DNA of 58,476 nt, filler included, from Trichosphaerium sp. ATCC 40318 (taxonomy: Eukaryota; Protista; Tubulinea), in assembly GCA_038496445.1 (NCBI GenBank). It is 2 parts of 2 records of this genome, joined end to end, with 100 filler letters (N's around TTAATTAATTAA, not from the genome) between each part and the next. Parts side by side here need not be neighbours in the genome. Positions count along the whole stretch, not along the records: positions 1 to 27,616 come from JALMLS010000137.1; positions 27,717 to 58,476 come from JALMLS010000357.1. One strand, written 5' to 3'. This document shows positions 16,935 through 28,040 of this stretch, piece by piece. Under the pieces are notes generated by a model, which worked only from the letters and a program-made list of their open reading frames with translations, made no database searches and was not told the origin of the DNA. A program made the position numbers and the translations under genes. Positions within the stretch are counted from its first letter, which is position 1, and every line of letters starts with the position of its first letter.

Positions 16935-17587
16935 TTTTACGTTGTGAAGAAAGTTTGAGTGTATTGAACTGATCTGTTGTGATATTTTGACCATCAAAGA
17001 CCAACGCTAATACTATCTATCCCCTTTATAGCGTTAGTATTAACCTGTTGATACTCTTATACTGTTTGGGGGAATACAAAAGTGATTTCTCAGTTTTTAC
17101 CACCCTTTTCTTTGTTTTGAATAAATATAAAATTAGTATTGTTGGATGTTACGTTGTTTTATAAGAAGTGAACTACCTATTTCATCGTTACGCGGCTAAT
17201 ATTGTGGTTATTTGGATTCGGCATTTTTGCCAAACGCTCAAAATGCGCCAGTAGCGCTTGATAATAACATCCATGGCGTATATTGCTACCTTTTATCACT
17301 TTGGCGTATAGTTACGTATATTTACGTTTAGGAGCGCCTAATAGTTACGAATATGGTCTTTGTTACAATATAAGACGTCCACGAAGATTTATGTCCTATC
17401 TACTTCTTTCCTTTATCGCATTTACAAAAATAACATTTCTTGCGAGTTTTCCACTCACTTAACATTTGATAGAACTTTACAATCAAAGACTCTTTCACCG
17501 TCCCATGGTAGAGGAAGTCACTTGCAGCAGAAGTTATTTTGCCTTTTCTACACGTAACTAACCATCTGACCTACATAATCGTTAATA

Positions 17588-17725
17588 TTGTCCGTATCAT
17601 TCAAGTTTGCTACTCTTGCAAGAACTAGCAGAACTTACAAGATCTATCAGTTTTGTTAGTTGTTGCAAGATCTTATACTTTGATACTTATGCCAAACCTG
17701 TCGCAAACTTGAATGATACGGACAA
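17588..17725. mobile_element. About 140-bp MITE with perfect TIRs and probable TA target duplication
   Basis: (ATA)TTGTCCGTATCATTCAAGTTTGC ... GCAAACTTGAATGATACGGACAA(TAT). Interior is made of short CAAGA/AGAAC-like repeats. Confidence 0.8.
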
Positions 17726-18520
17726 TATATAGCAGAGAAACAAGCTGGCGAAACTGATTCAATCACACATACATGAAATTACAGGCAACAATGTAAATGT
17801 CATGTAGTTAATCACAAACCAAAGACTTAATGAAAAAAAAAAACAAACAAAAGCACTGGAGAAATAAAATCCACGTGTACTCCACACAATAGTAAAATAC
17901 TGCAATCACCTTGTTAGATGTGACTTGGTACTTTTCGGCTTAGTGTACAAGGATGGCAAGCAAGGTGCATTGTCATGAGTTATAGAATGTCATGTATTCA
18001 CATTGCACGGGTTCCACCAAGTTGCTATCAAACCTGTCAGTTTTTACAAGAACTAACAAAATCTGATAGAACTAATGATACAGTATACAACCTATAACAT
18101 ATCTAACTTACACATACCTCTTGTTGTATTCTCGTTACAACAAGGGCGGATCAAACGTGAGATTTGCAAGTTCTGTCAGAAACAAATCGTCAGATCTTAC
18201 AGATCCGGCAGAATCTATATTGTTTGGCTGTCTCAACACTTGAATGAGACAGATAATACTACACATAGCTAAAATGCCAGTACGTTTTGGTATGTTGCCT
18301 TGGCTAGAAAAGGTAGTCACTTGAATGTTGTCATGGGAAAATGAATGAATACACCGTGTTTACATGTAAAGTATCTTAGAGTAATTATTATTATAGTATT
18401 ACAACATCTAGCCTAGATGGAATCATCACTGTGTAACACTGAGAACATCGTGAAGTGTTTGTGGACAAAATATCACAACAGATCAGTTCAATACACTCAA
18501 ACTTTCTTCACAACGTAAAA

Positions 18521-18573
18521 GTCTTCGTGGCCTAATGGTATGGCACCAGTCTTCGGATCTGGGGATTGCGGGT
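18521..18573 (+). pseudogene. 5' 53 nt of tRNA-Arg(UCG), truncated at the T-loop
   Basis: Identical to the first 53 nt of the intact gene plus 55 nt of its 5' flank (18466-18573 is the reverse complement of 16882-16989). TCAAGT is replaced by ATGTGC; no 3' acceptor strand. Confidence 0.9.
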
Positions 18574-18824
18574 ATGTGCAAAAACCGCACACATACTTTT
18601 CTTGTACACTGGTAAGACACTAGCACCTCAACACATTGAACAGCTTACTATTTATTAACTGCGTTCAAGTGCTGGTTCACTTTTACCAATTTCATTCCTA
18701 TGAATTGGTACTGAAGTGTTTAAACATTGAGCCAAGTTACACAAACGTAAGTACAATTTATATTAATCGTTAAACAACAAAAATTTACTAAACTTTGTAC
18801 AATGCCTCTGAACTAGTCCAAATG

Positions 18825-20127
18825 TCATTTCAGCTTTCTTCGCTTAGCTCTTTTTTTAGCTGTTGCTGCTATCTTGGCCTCTTGCTCCTTCAGGTAATGC
18901 TCATGATACTCAAGAGTTGTCATCCCCGAACTATAAACAGTTGTACCTGATGAATTCCAGAGGATTTCACAACTTTCGCGAATAGATTTTGATACACCTG
19001 AACCAACAGCATTGAAAAAATTACAAGTTTTTTCGAGAACGTCAGTTTTAGCTGAAAATCTTTGAATCCAGCGCTTCTGTTTTTTTTCAATTGTGATGAA
19101 TCCACTATTAAGCTTACCTCGATTAGAAACATCAGCGGTTTGAAGCTCTGTCAGAATATTGATACTGGTTTTCATACGCTCTTGATATGCCTTTTCAAGA
19201 CGGCAATCTTTTTGCAGCACATCCCTTTCAAACTCCATCACGTTTTGTTGTCTTCTTTTTTTGTCGATTTTCGTTTGTAATATATCACCAGCTTGAAAGG
19301 CATATGCTTCTGATGAGTGGTCTCTAACTGATACAAAAAGGCATGGAATCGCGTGTGTACAAGTTTGATGTTGATTAAAACAAATTTCGCGGTTCTGATT
19401 TACAAAGCTTGTTTCAATTATAAGGTGGATAGAACGCCAACAAAACCCGTTTGCACACAAATGCGACACGTGTACTTGTGAGCGAAGAAGCCCTGGAGCA
19501 TATACCCAACACCCATTTTCATCTTGGTCATAAATTGTTGTACCCTTTGCAGCCCACAGCGCAAGGTGTGTAACTGAGTAGTTCTTGCCCGCTACACGAA
19601 TATAAGGCCTATCATATTTGTAGTACTTTTCTTTGTTGAATACTCGACATGGATATTGTACAGTTTCTAAGAGGTAGTTAGAGTTGAATACAAAATATCA
19701 AACAACGCAAACAAAATATCAAAACAGTTAAAAATAAACCATGGAAAATGTCTTTTTTCAGAATTTTTATCAACTCTTTTGCAACGTGGCGAGGAAAGCA
19801 TTTAATATTGTAAGCAATTGAGCGTGCGCCTTCAGCGGTATTTTTTGCTTTAGCTTCATCATATGGTTTCTTTATACTTTCTAGCTCGCGATGATGCCGT
19901 ACAACTGCTGCCAGTGAATGCTCTTTAGGGCCGCCTTCGTAAAGGGAAAATTTACAATTAAACCACAGTGAAATGGGCCTTACGAAAATAGGAGATTCTG
20001 TTTTTGGACGTGGAAACAGTAATGGTGGGGCAAAAGGAACAGGGTTTTCAGCAGGTCCCTTAAACCACTGAGAAATGAGCCTTGGAACAGGAGTGTTTTT
20101 ACGAGGTGTTGTTGGTGTTGGGTCCAT
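18825..20127 (-). CDS. His-Cys box (I-PpoI-like, His-Me finger) endonuclease, copy 1, 2 exons (20127-19740, 19666-18825), about 409 aa
   Basis: A 73-nt GT..CTAAC..AG intron at 19739-19667 joins the two ORFs in frame. Motif YPCRVF ... VHVSHLCANGFCWRSIHLIIETSFVNQNREICFNQHQTCTHAIPC; C-terminal basic NLS-like KKRAKRRKLK. Confidence 0.85.
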
Positions 20128-21237
20128 TTTATATTGTGAAATAGTAAGTTTTAGTTCACGGTAAGTAACTCCATTTACTGCAGAAGTTCTTTGTGTCACA
20201 CAGTGATATGGTTCAACTACAAAAAACAAGAAGAACATATCTAAATACAAGATGTTTACAGGGGAAGATTGTGCCAATCACAAGTTTACCTCTGATAACT
20301 ACATTGAGTTATTTGTAAGTAACTCCGTTTACTGCAAAAGTTATTTTTGTCACATAGTGACATGTTCAAGTACAAAAAAGTGAGACAATGTTTAATGATA
20401 AATAAGGTGTCTTAATGATAGTCAAGATGGTGTAAACAAAATTGACATAATGTATGACATCTTTTTTTAATTCTACAATACTGTAATGAAAAAACAAGCA
20501 AAGACCTGTGAACGTGAAGTTAGACGTTTTAAAAAACTGCATTAGAGGTACGATGTATAAATACATTGAATACGCCGTAAATAATATTACAAAGTCACCA
20601 GAGAAGCTTAAACCATCAAATCTAGATACCAGCATATTTTTTGAATGTAGATTTATCTCGGATCGAAATGTCCGAAGCAGTTTTCCATGACTCACACTTT
20701 CTACATGCTGTACATGCCAACCAGACTATAAAACAAACACCAACAGATCAAACAAAATAATATGGTGATATTTTTAAACATGTTCACGTGTAACAAAACC
20801 TATTTTAGGCATACCCATACACACCATACATTTTTTTTGTACTTCAGTGCTGACGTTTTATGTCAATTCTTCTGGTTAGAACAAAAAAAAGAACTACGGG
20901 CAAGAGAGGCCTAGTTGATGCTTTCAATTCTTTTATTAACCATATTTACGTTTTACTGTGGTGAAGAAAACAACAGTTTTCAAGAGCATCGGGCAAGATC
21001 TTGGCTCTATGTTCTGTAAACGTCTCTTATCATTAAACATCTTTGCACTTGTTGGTACTTGTAAACATCTTGTATTTAGATATGTTCTTCTTGTTTTTTG
21101 TAGTTGAACCATATCACTGTGTGACACAAAGAACTTCTGCAGTAAATGGAGTTACTTACCGTGAACTAAAACTTACTATTTCACAATATAAAATGGACCC
21201 AACACCAACAACACCTCCTAAAAACACTCCTGTTCCA
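20083..21237. repeat. 178-bp near-perfect inverted repeat (20083-20260 / 21060-21237) covering the upstream region and first codons of nuclease copies 1 and 2
   Basis: Arms read as reverse complements with about one mismatch; about 800-bp spacer. Confidence 0.9.
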
Positions 21238-22314
21238 GGCCCAACTATAGAACCTCGTCGTTGTATAAGAACAGCTGTGTGGCATAAACATAAATTTTCC
21301 CTTTACGAAGGCGGTCTTAAAGAGCATTCACTGGCAGCAGTTGTACGGCATCATTACAAACTAGTACAAAAGCCACGTGAGAAGGCTATAAAAGAGGCAA
21401 ATTATGCACGAGGCCTTCCTTACAATATTAAATGCTTTCCTCACCACGTTGCAAAAGAGTTGATTGAAATTCTGAAAAAAGATGCTTTGGAAGGTACGCT
21501 TTACGCTATTTTATTTGCGTTGATTGATATTTTGTATTCAACTCTAACTGCCTCTTCAGAAACTAAAAAATACCCGTGTCGAGTATTCGGCAAAGGAAAA
21601 TACTACAAAGGTGAAAGGCCTAAAATTCGTGTACACGACAAGAGTTACTCAATTACAAGCATCGCACTATGGGCTGGATCGCGTAAAACAATTTATGACC
21701 AAGATGAAAATGGGTGTTGGGTATATTTTCCAGGTCTTCTCCGCTCACAAGTACACGTGTCGCATTTGTGTGCAAACTCACATTGTTGGGGTTTTTTCCA
21801 CCTTGTAATTGAACCACACGTTGTAAATCAGAACCGTGAAACTTGCTTCAAAAACAAAACTTGTACACACGTGATTCCATGCCTTTTCGTTGCGTTCAGA
21901 CGTCGTTCGACAGAAAATAAGCAGCAAGCCGACCGTTTAAAGGCCCAATACAAAACAGTTAGTGCCCAACTTAAGGGGACCACACAGGCGGTTAAGGCGC
22001 AGCGGGAAAAGTTTGCCAAAGAACAGGCAGAAAGTGCTCAGTTAGAAGAACAGCTTAAAATTTTACTAGCTCAACACGAACGTACAAAAGGTAATTGCCC
22101 GCACCTTAACAATACTTCCAAATGTATTGCAACCATACAGAGCTTGGAGCAAGAGAGAAGAGAATTAAGTAAAAAACGAGACGCTGTTCTAAATGCTCGT
22201 GCAGTTTACAAGGCTGTTTGTTCAGGTGACATGGCAACAGCGTACAACGCTGAAGGCGAAATCAGGGATTTTCACGAAATACTTGATGAAATTGATAACG
22301 ACCCAGAAGATTGA
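21193..22314 (+). CDS. His-Cys box (I-PpoI-like) endonuclease, copy 2, with coiled-coil tail; 2 exons (21193-21493, 21560-22314), about 351 aa
   Basis: VHVSHLCANSHCWGFFHLVIEPHVVNQNRETCFKNKTCTHVIPC. A 66-nt in-frame intron (21494-21559) lies at the same position as in copy 1. AATAAA about 30 nt after the stop. Confidence 0.88.
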   Translation: MDPTPTTPPKNTPVPGPTIEPRRCIRTAVWHKHKFSLYEGGLKEHSLAAVVRHHYKLVQKPREKAIKEANYARGLPYNIKCFPHHVAKELIEILKKDALEGTLYAILFALIDILYSTLTASSETKKYPCRVFGKGKYYKGERPKIRVHDKSYSITSIALWAGSRKTIYDQDENGCWVYFPGLLRSQVHVSHLCANSHCWGFFHLVIEPHVVNQNRETCFKNKTCTHVIPCLFVAFRRRSTENKQQADRLKAQYKTVSAQLKGTTQAVKAQREKFAKEQAESAQLEEQLKILLAQHERTKGNCPHLNNTSKCIATIQSLEQERRELSKKRDAVLNARAVYKAVCSGDMATAYNAEGEIRDFHEILDEIDNDPED

Positions 22315-23680
22315 GAACATTGTATCGCTTTTCTAGTTCGTTTAATAAAGTACAGTTGTTTGTTTTTGCTTTGTTAAGGCTCCTCAATGTCCTACCAATT
22401 GTTGAAGTGATTATGTTCTTTCTCTGCTGTGACTATTTTTGATTGCTTATAATTTACTGACAAGGAAAAAATCTCATTGTAACAGATGGCTCAGGATAGC
22501 GAAAACATTAATTGTGACACGTGATTGTTTAACCATCTAAAAACTCAAAACTTGAGCATAAATCTTTTAGCCTACATCTCTTTAGCAGTTCGACAGTGTC
22601 AAATGTACGATAGTAGCATGTTCCATCCGGCATGCGTTAGTGTAGATCGAAAATGGTAATGTGTAGGCGCAAAAAAATATTTCTTGTGAGTTTTCTACGC
22701 TCATTTGCCAGACTTACACAATCAAAGACTCTTTCAGTGTCTTCGGTCAATCAAAATTCGCAGCGGAACCTATGTTTTCACCTTTTGTACAGTAAGTATC
22801 TAGGCTTACCTGAGCCACATAATCCGGTAACGATAAGCATATTTACAAGTGTCGTATAAGGTTCCACCATACTCCAGAGTGAGAGTGTTAATACATTTTG
22901 TATAGCGTAGTGGTTAGTACGACACAAGTTGGTAAAAACGCAAGCATCGTCAGACCTGAAATTATCAGCTACAATGCATCTTGAATTCTATGCACAGTGG
23001 TGGTTCAGCATTGGCACTATCAATGAGTGTAAGCGCTATCTAGGAATAATCAACAAGCAAGCACAAAAAGATTACATCCAAGAAGTGTTGGTAGGAGCTG
23101 TTAGTGATTGTTTTCTTATGGGCTTGGCTAGGGATTAAACAACGAAGAAATTTGCAACAAAAAAAGCTATTTGGGCCACACGTTTGGCTTATTGTTCCAT
23201 TTGGCCTCATTCATTAGTTAAGTTGGTAGCTGCTAGATTTACCAACAGGAATAATTACATATTTACCGTATGGATATTTCTTATCGATAATGTTCTCAAA
23301 CCTGTAAACGATTGCGTGACCTTTCATCAGGGTTCGATCAACTTTGTAACGGTATCAATGGGAGCTACTGTATGAGAAGTTGCAAGCGCATATACAATCA
23401 TATTAGCAAATACAAATGCAACAGATGACTGGCTAACTCGCTTTTAGGTATCAAAATATTTTTACATTTGCCATGAGCTTACAATAGCAGCCAAACATCA
23501 ATGGCACTCAGCATGCATTGTCACTGTTGGCATTTGTATCTTGTAGCCGTCTCCTAGAATACATTACTGTTCAAGTATTGCCAAAGCCTTGATTCACCCT
23601 TAAACATTCTAAAGTGTTTGTGAAAACAAATATCACAACAGATCACTTCAGCACACTCCAACTTTCTTCACAACGTAAAA

Positions 23681-23733
23681 GTCTTCGTGGCCTAATGGTA
23701 TGGCACCAGTCTTCGGATCTGGGGATTGCAGGT
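23681..23733 (+). pseudogene. Second 5' 53-nt tRNA-Arg(UCG) fragment, truncated at the same T-loop position
   Basis: 52/53 identical to the intact gene, followed by ATGTTTAACAACCCGC. Shares downstream GTACACTGGTAAGACAC with the 18521 copy. Confidence 0.9.
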
Positions 23734-24768
23734 ATGTTTAACAACCCGCACATGTCACCTAATGCATTTATAGTACACTGGTAAGACACCTTAACAAGAC
23801 GCTGATCAATATACAATTTATTAACTGAACTATAATAGCAACACAATGTTGTACATGCTTAATCCACTCAGAAGAGCCATGAGTTCCAAGCACGTATGTT
23901 TTATATTGCCGGTTTTGATTGTGTTTGTAAAAATATTATTTTACAGTTTCTATAGATAGGGTAGTCAGAGATACACAATATCAAACTTCTAACAATTCTT
24001 GTTTTAGAACAAAAACCCTGTTCCAAAATCGTTTACAAAAGGAAATGTCACCCAATTTTATTTTGTAACGTTTTATCTGTTGGTGTTTGTTTGTAGTCTG
24101 GTTGGGTTATTCAGCATGTAGAAAGTGTGAATCAACGGTATACTTCTAAAAACTGCTTCGGCCTTTTGTTAGCAGTCCGATCACGTGCATCCATACAAAT
24201 CTGCGTTCATCTTCCGTATCAACGAATGTTGGATCAAATAACGTCTATCTGTTACAGTTACTGGTTTAAGCTTCTGTGGTACCTTTGTAATATTATTTTA
24301 GGCGTATTCAAGGTATTTATGGCGTTGTACCTCTTCTCCTATTTGTTGCTGTTCTTGAAGTCTTTTTTTTACAACCAACTTCACGCTCACTTGTCTCTTC
24401 ATCATTTCAGAATAGCAAAGGCTTTCCATACATTATGACAATTTTGTTTCACCATTGACATAAAAGGATACAACACTATCTCGACTGTCATTAATACATC
24501 GTATTAGACATATCTTCTCGGTTTTTTATACTTGGACATGTCACTGTGTGACACAGATAACTTGTGCAACTAACGGAGTTTCAAATAGCTCATGTAGTTT
24601 ATTAGATATCTTCGCATGTAAACCTCTTATTGAGACATCTTCTTCTCATGTTTTATACTTGAACATGTCACTGTGTGACACAGATAACTTCTTGCAGTTA
24701 ATGGAGTTACTTAGCATAGAACTAAAACACTTAAGCGTGTATATGAATCTATTATTTCACAATATAGA

Positions 24769-25209
24769 ATGGACCCAACAACACCTCCTAAAAACACTCC
24801 TGTTTCAGAAAATAAGCGTCGATTAGACTATTTACAAAATCAATACAAAACTGTTTGTGAACAACTTGAGGTGGCCAAACAATCGGCGAAGGAACAGCAG
24901 GAAAAGTATGACGAAGAACAGGCAGAACTTGCTAAGTTAAAAGAACAGGTTAGAATAGCAGTAGAAGAACTCGAACGTACAAAAGGTAACTGCCCCCACC
25001 TTAACAATACTTCCAAAATTATTGCGAGGATACTGAGGTCGATGCAAGAGCTAGACGAATTAGTTATAGAACGACACATCGCTCTAAATGCTCGTGCAGT
25101 TTACAGGGCTGTTTGTTCAGGTGACATGGCAACAGCGTACAACGCTGAAGGCGAAATCAGGGATTTTCACGAAATACTTGATGAAATTGATAGCGATCCA
25201 GAAGATTGA
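24769..25209 (+). CDS. Nuclease-less paralogue (copy 3): N-terminal MDPTTPPKNTPV joined directly to the coiled-coil tail of copy 2, 146 aa
   Basis: Intact ORF sharing ERTKGNCPHLNNTSK and LNARAVY.AVCSGDMATAYNAEGEIRDFHEILDEID.DPED with copy 2. The His-Cys box and the intron are absent. Confidence 0.8.
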   Translation: MDPTTPPKNTPVSENKRRLDYLQNQYKTVCEQLEVAKQSAKEQQEKYDEEQAELAKLKEQVRIAVEELERTKGNCPHLNNTSKIIARILRSMQELDELVIERHIALNARAVYRAVCSGDMATAYNAEGEIRDFHEILDEIDSDPED

Positions 25210-25632
25210 GACCATTGTATCGCTTTTCTAGTTCGTTTAATAAAGTACAGTTGTTTGTTTTTGCTTTGTTAAGGCTCCTCAATGTCCTACCAATTGTTGA
25301 AGTGATTATGTTCTTTCTCTGCTGTGACTATTTTTGATTGCTTATAATTTACTGACAAGGAAAAAATCTCATTGTAACAGATGGCTCATGATAGCGAAAA
25401 CATTAATTGTGACACGTGATTGTTTTGATTGTATAACCATCTAAAAACTCAAAACTTGAGCATAAATCTTTTAGCCTACATCTCTTTAGCAGTTCGACAG
25501 TCAAATGTACGATAGTAGCATGTTCCATCCGGTATGCGTTAGTGTAGATCGAAAATGGTAATTTGCAGTCGTTCTTGAAAAAGTCAATTCAGTTGGTTTT
25601 TCTTTCTTTTTGTAACGCCACCACGCGTAATT

Positions 25633-27616
25633 ATGTCGTCTTCAAGTACGTCTTCCATTAGCAGCTCTGAGACGAGATCTCCATCGAAGGTACATTTTTT
25701 TTGTACATACAGCACGCTTACCAACGATAGACTCAAGATGGCGCAAACCCACGCAAACGCAAGACTAACAAAAGCGGAGAAAACGACGATCAACCTAAAG
25801 AAACTACTACAGCCGAAGTACACAATAATATAGCGCAAAAACGGCGTAAAAAAGCAAAAGCAAAAAAAGACTTGAAAAAAAAGGTCATACCAGACAAATT
25901 CGACTATGATCAAGGTGAGGAATCATCTGGGAGCGAAGACTACGATCAAAACGCGCATCAAATTGATGACAAACAAAATGCGATCTTAAAGGATAAACGA
26001 TACGCTTATAAGGCTGACAAACCTACTCTCGCCCATAAACTACGGTAAAAACCTTTTAACAATTATTTTTCAGACTTGCGGAAAAAAACGAATCAATACC
26101 ACTGCAATCAAAAGCTCACTCCGTCATTAGAATAGATAGAGTAAATCCAGGGTTTTGGATTTTAGCCGTTTTAACGCCAGCAATATTTATTGCTGTTTTG
26201 TTCGCTGTTATACCTCTTGGTAACCCCCACTCTAAGAATATCGGCGAATACTGGGTTGTAGCTTTTATAACCATCCCTGTTGGGTACGTCACGTGCCAAG
26301 ATGCCATTAAACGACTTTCAGCACTGTGTGAGAGACTCCGTAGTGTTTGTATCTCATATTTATTTTGTTCCGTGATCACCTTTTTTGATTTAATTGTTTA
26401 CCATAGGTATGCTGCTGCGTCTTATCTAAATATTGCTATTTTTCTAGCAACTATGGGTGTACAAAGACCTTTTATATCAAATTGGAAAGTAGTTCTTGTT
26501 GTTTTTGTATTAGAACTTATTCTTGCTAATGTCACGTGGCCTTTGGCAGGACGTTATGATCTCAATGGATTTGTAGCGTATAGTGTAGCTTATATTGCAA
26601 CTTTTGTTGGTGCGTCAATAATTAATCATTCCTGCTTTTTTATTAAAAACCAACGCGTCCTATGCTTTCTTACATATAATACCTTCGTTGTAAATTAAAT
26701 GAGCAAGTTTTATTCAAAGGATAGCTAAGTAGCAAAGGGTTAAGAAAGTTGTTTTTTTTTGTTTTTTTTTTTGTTTCATCAATGCTTTATTACCTCTACT
26801 TACACTTCGTTACAGGTATTTTTATCGTTGAGAAGGCTCATTTAAAAGCATTGGGCGCTGATAATTTAGATAAATTCAAGCCGTTTTTTTTCCAGTATCT
26901 CAAAGTAGTTGCTATTATTGGAAGTTTCTACATTGTACTGGTGTTGTACATTTTTGGGTTTAGATTATTGGGTCCAGTCGGTCAATCAGTCTTGCCTTTG
27001 GTTGTTTCTTTCGCATTTGCTTTCTTCTTCCGTAAGGCTATATTGTCTTTTACGGATCCGTTTCCAATTGAGACAGCTCAACTGCTTGCTGGTTTCATTA
27101 TCAACAATATGGAGGATGTAGTACGTTATTTGTTTTTCGAAAATCTAAGTGTCTTTATATTTCTCACTTTCAATTAGTTTACAGTATTGGCTTTCCCTTC
27201 TATTACAGATCCATCAGTTCTTATTGCACTATTTGCAAGATCTTTCTTTGGTGATATTGCCAATGTCTTCTTCTTTACAGACTTATGGATGCACTTCCGG
27301 TTAGTTTAAGCTAAAAACGAAACTTAAAGAAAACTTATCTTTAACAAATTAGTGTTTGGATCAAAGCATGGCTGAAGAGACTCTTCACTTGTAGATATCA
27401 ATGTTGTCCAGTAGAAGCTAAAATTATTTATAAAAATGACCCAGAGGATAGAGGTCATAGTAATAACCATCCAGGGTATTTAAGAAGACAGGTACAAAGA
27501 AATTAGTGAATGATGATTTTTTTTCTAAAAGTTATTTCTCTTAAGGCTCGCTTCTTGCTTTGGAAACTTCTCAGCTCAGTCATGGTACCACCAAAACATT
27601 TCTAATTTCCCCTTTG
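25633..27616 (+). CDS. Multipass membrane protein of unknown family, multi-exon, truncated by the assembly gap
   Basis: Ser-rich start, then a Lys/Asp-rich hydrophilic exon (25731-26044), then many hydrophobic exons with GT-AG introns up to the N run. Confidence 0.7.
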
Positions 27617-27716
27617 NNNNNNNNNNNNNNNNNNNNNNNNNNNNNNNNNNNNNNNNNNNNTTAATTAATTAANNNNNNNNNNNNNNNNNNNNNNNNNNNN
27701 NNNNNNNNNNNNNNNN
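27617..27716. other. Artificial scaffold linker (44 N + TTAATTAATTAA + 44 N)
   Basis: Exactly 100 bp with an all-frame stop spacer. Adjacency across it is not established. Confidence 0.97.
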
Positions 27717-27940
27717 TTATAAGGTCCGATACAGAGGTGAGTTCTGCCGTTAGGGAAAAGCTCTATATAAACTTTGAATAGGCGCTGCATAGCAGCCTAT
27801 GATCGTTCTTTTTGTTGTTGCTCTAATTATGTTATACCTGATTTTATAAGGATTGTTTCAACTGAGTAAGTCATTGAACACTGTTAAAAATGCTATAGCA
27901 TACATATGAACACTTATACAGTGTTTAATTCAGGATACTG

Positions 27941-28040
27941 CTACAAAAACTAGCAGAACTTACAAGATTTGTCAGTTTTGTTAGTTCTTACACTTTGATA
28001 CTTCTGCCAAACCTGTTGCAAACTTGAATGATATGGACAA
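27941..28040 (+). mobile_element. Partial copy of the 17588-17725 MITE (right TIR only)
   Basis: CTAGCAGAACTTACAAGAT...CCAAACCTGTTGCAAACTTGAATGATATGGACAA followed by TA. Confidence 0.75.

Larger units (their letters stand above)
22188..25562 (+). repeat. About 475-bp near-identical direct repeat (22188-22660 / 25083-25562): 3' coding end and downstream region of copies 2 and 3
   Basis: TCTAAATGCTCGTGCAGTTTAC ... GTAGATCGAAAATGGTAAT occurs twice with few substitutions and small indels. Confidence 0.92.

Noticed and set aside
18572-18620. GTATGT after both tRNA halves as a splice donor of a split or intron-containing tRNA
   Set aside because: No matching 3' tRNA piece (TCAAGTCCCGTCGGGGAC) was seen downstream, and tRNA introns are not spliceosomal.
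19469-19740. Nuclease copy 1 as a frameshifted pseudogene
   Set aside because: A 73-nt GT-AG intron at the same position as in copy 2 restores the frame.
21043-21192. Extended N-termini given by the ORF track for the nucleases (also 20128-20277)
   Set aside because: They begin at non-ATG or unshared codons; all three paralogues share the MDPT start.
18700-22400. Group I intron or rDNA context for the His-Cys box nucleases
   Set aside because: No rRNA sequence or recognisable group I core was seen in the flanks.
27661-27672. TTAATTAATTAA palindrome, possible piggyBac TTAA sites
   Set aside because: Centred in a symmetric 100-bp N run, so it is an artificial scaffolding spacer.
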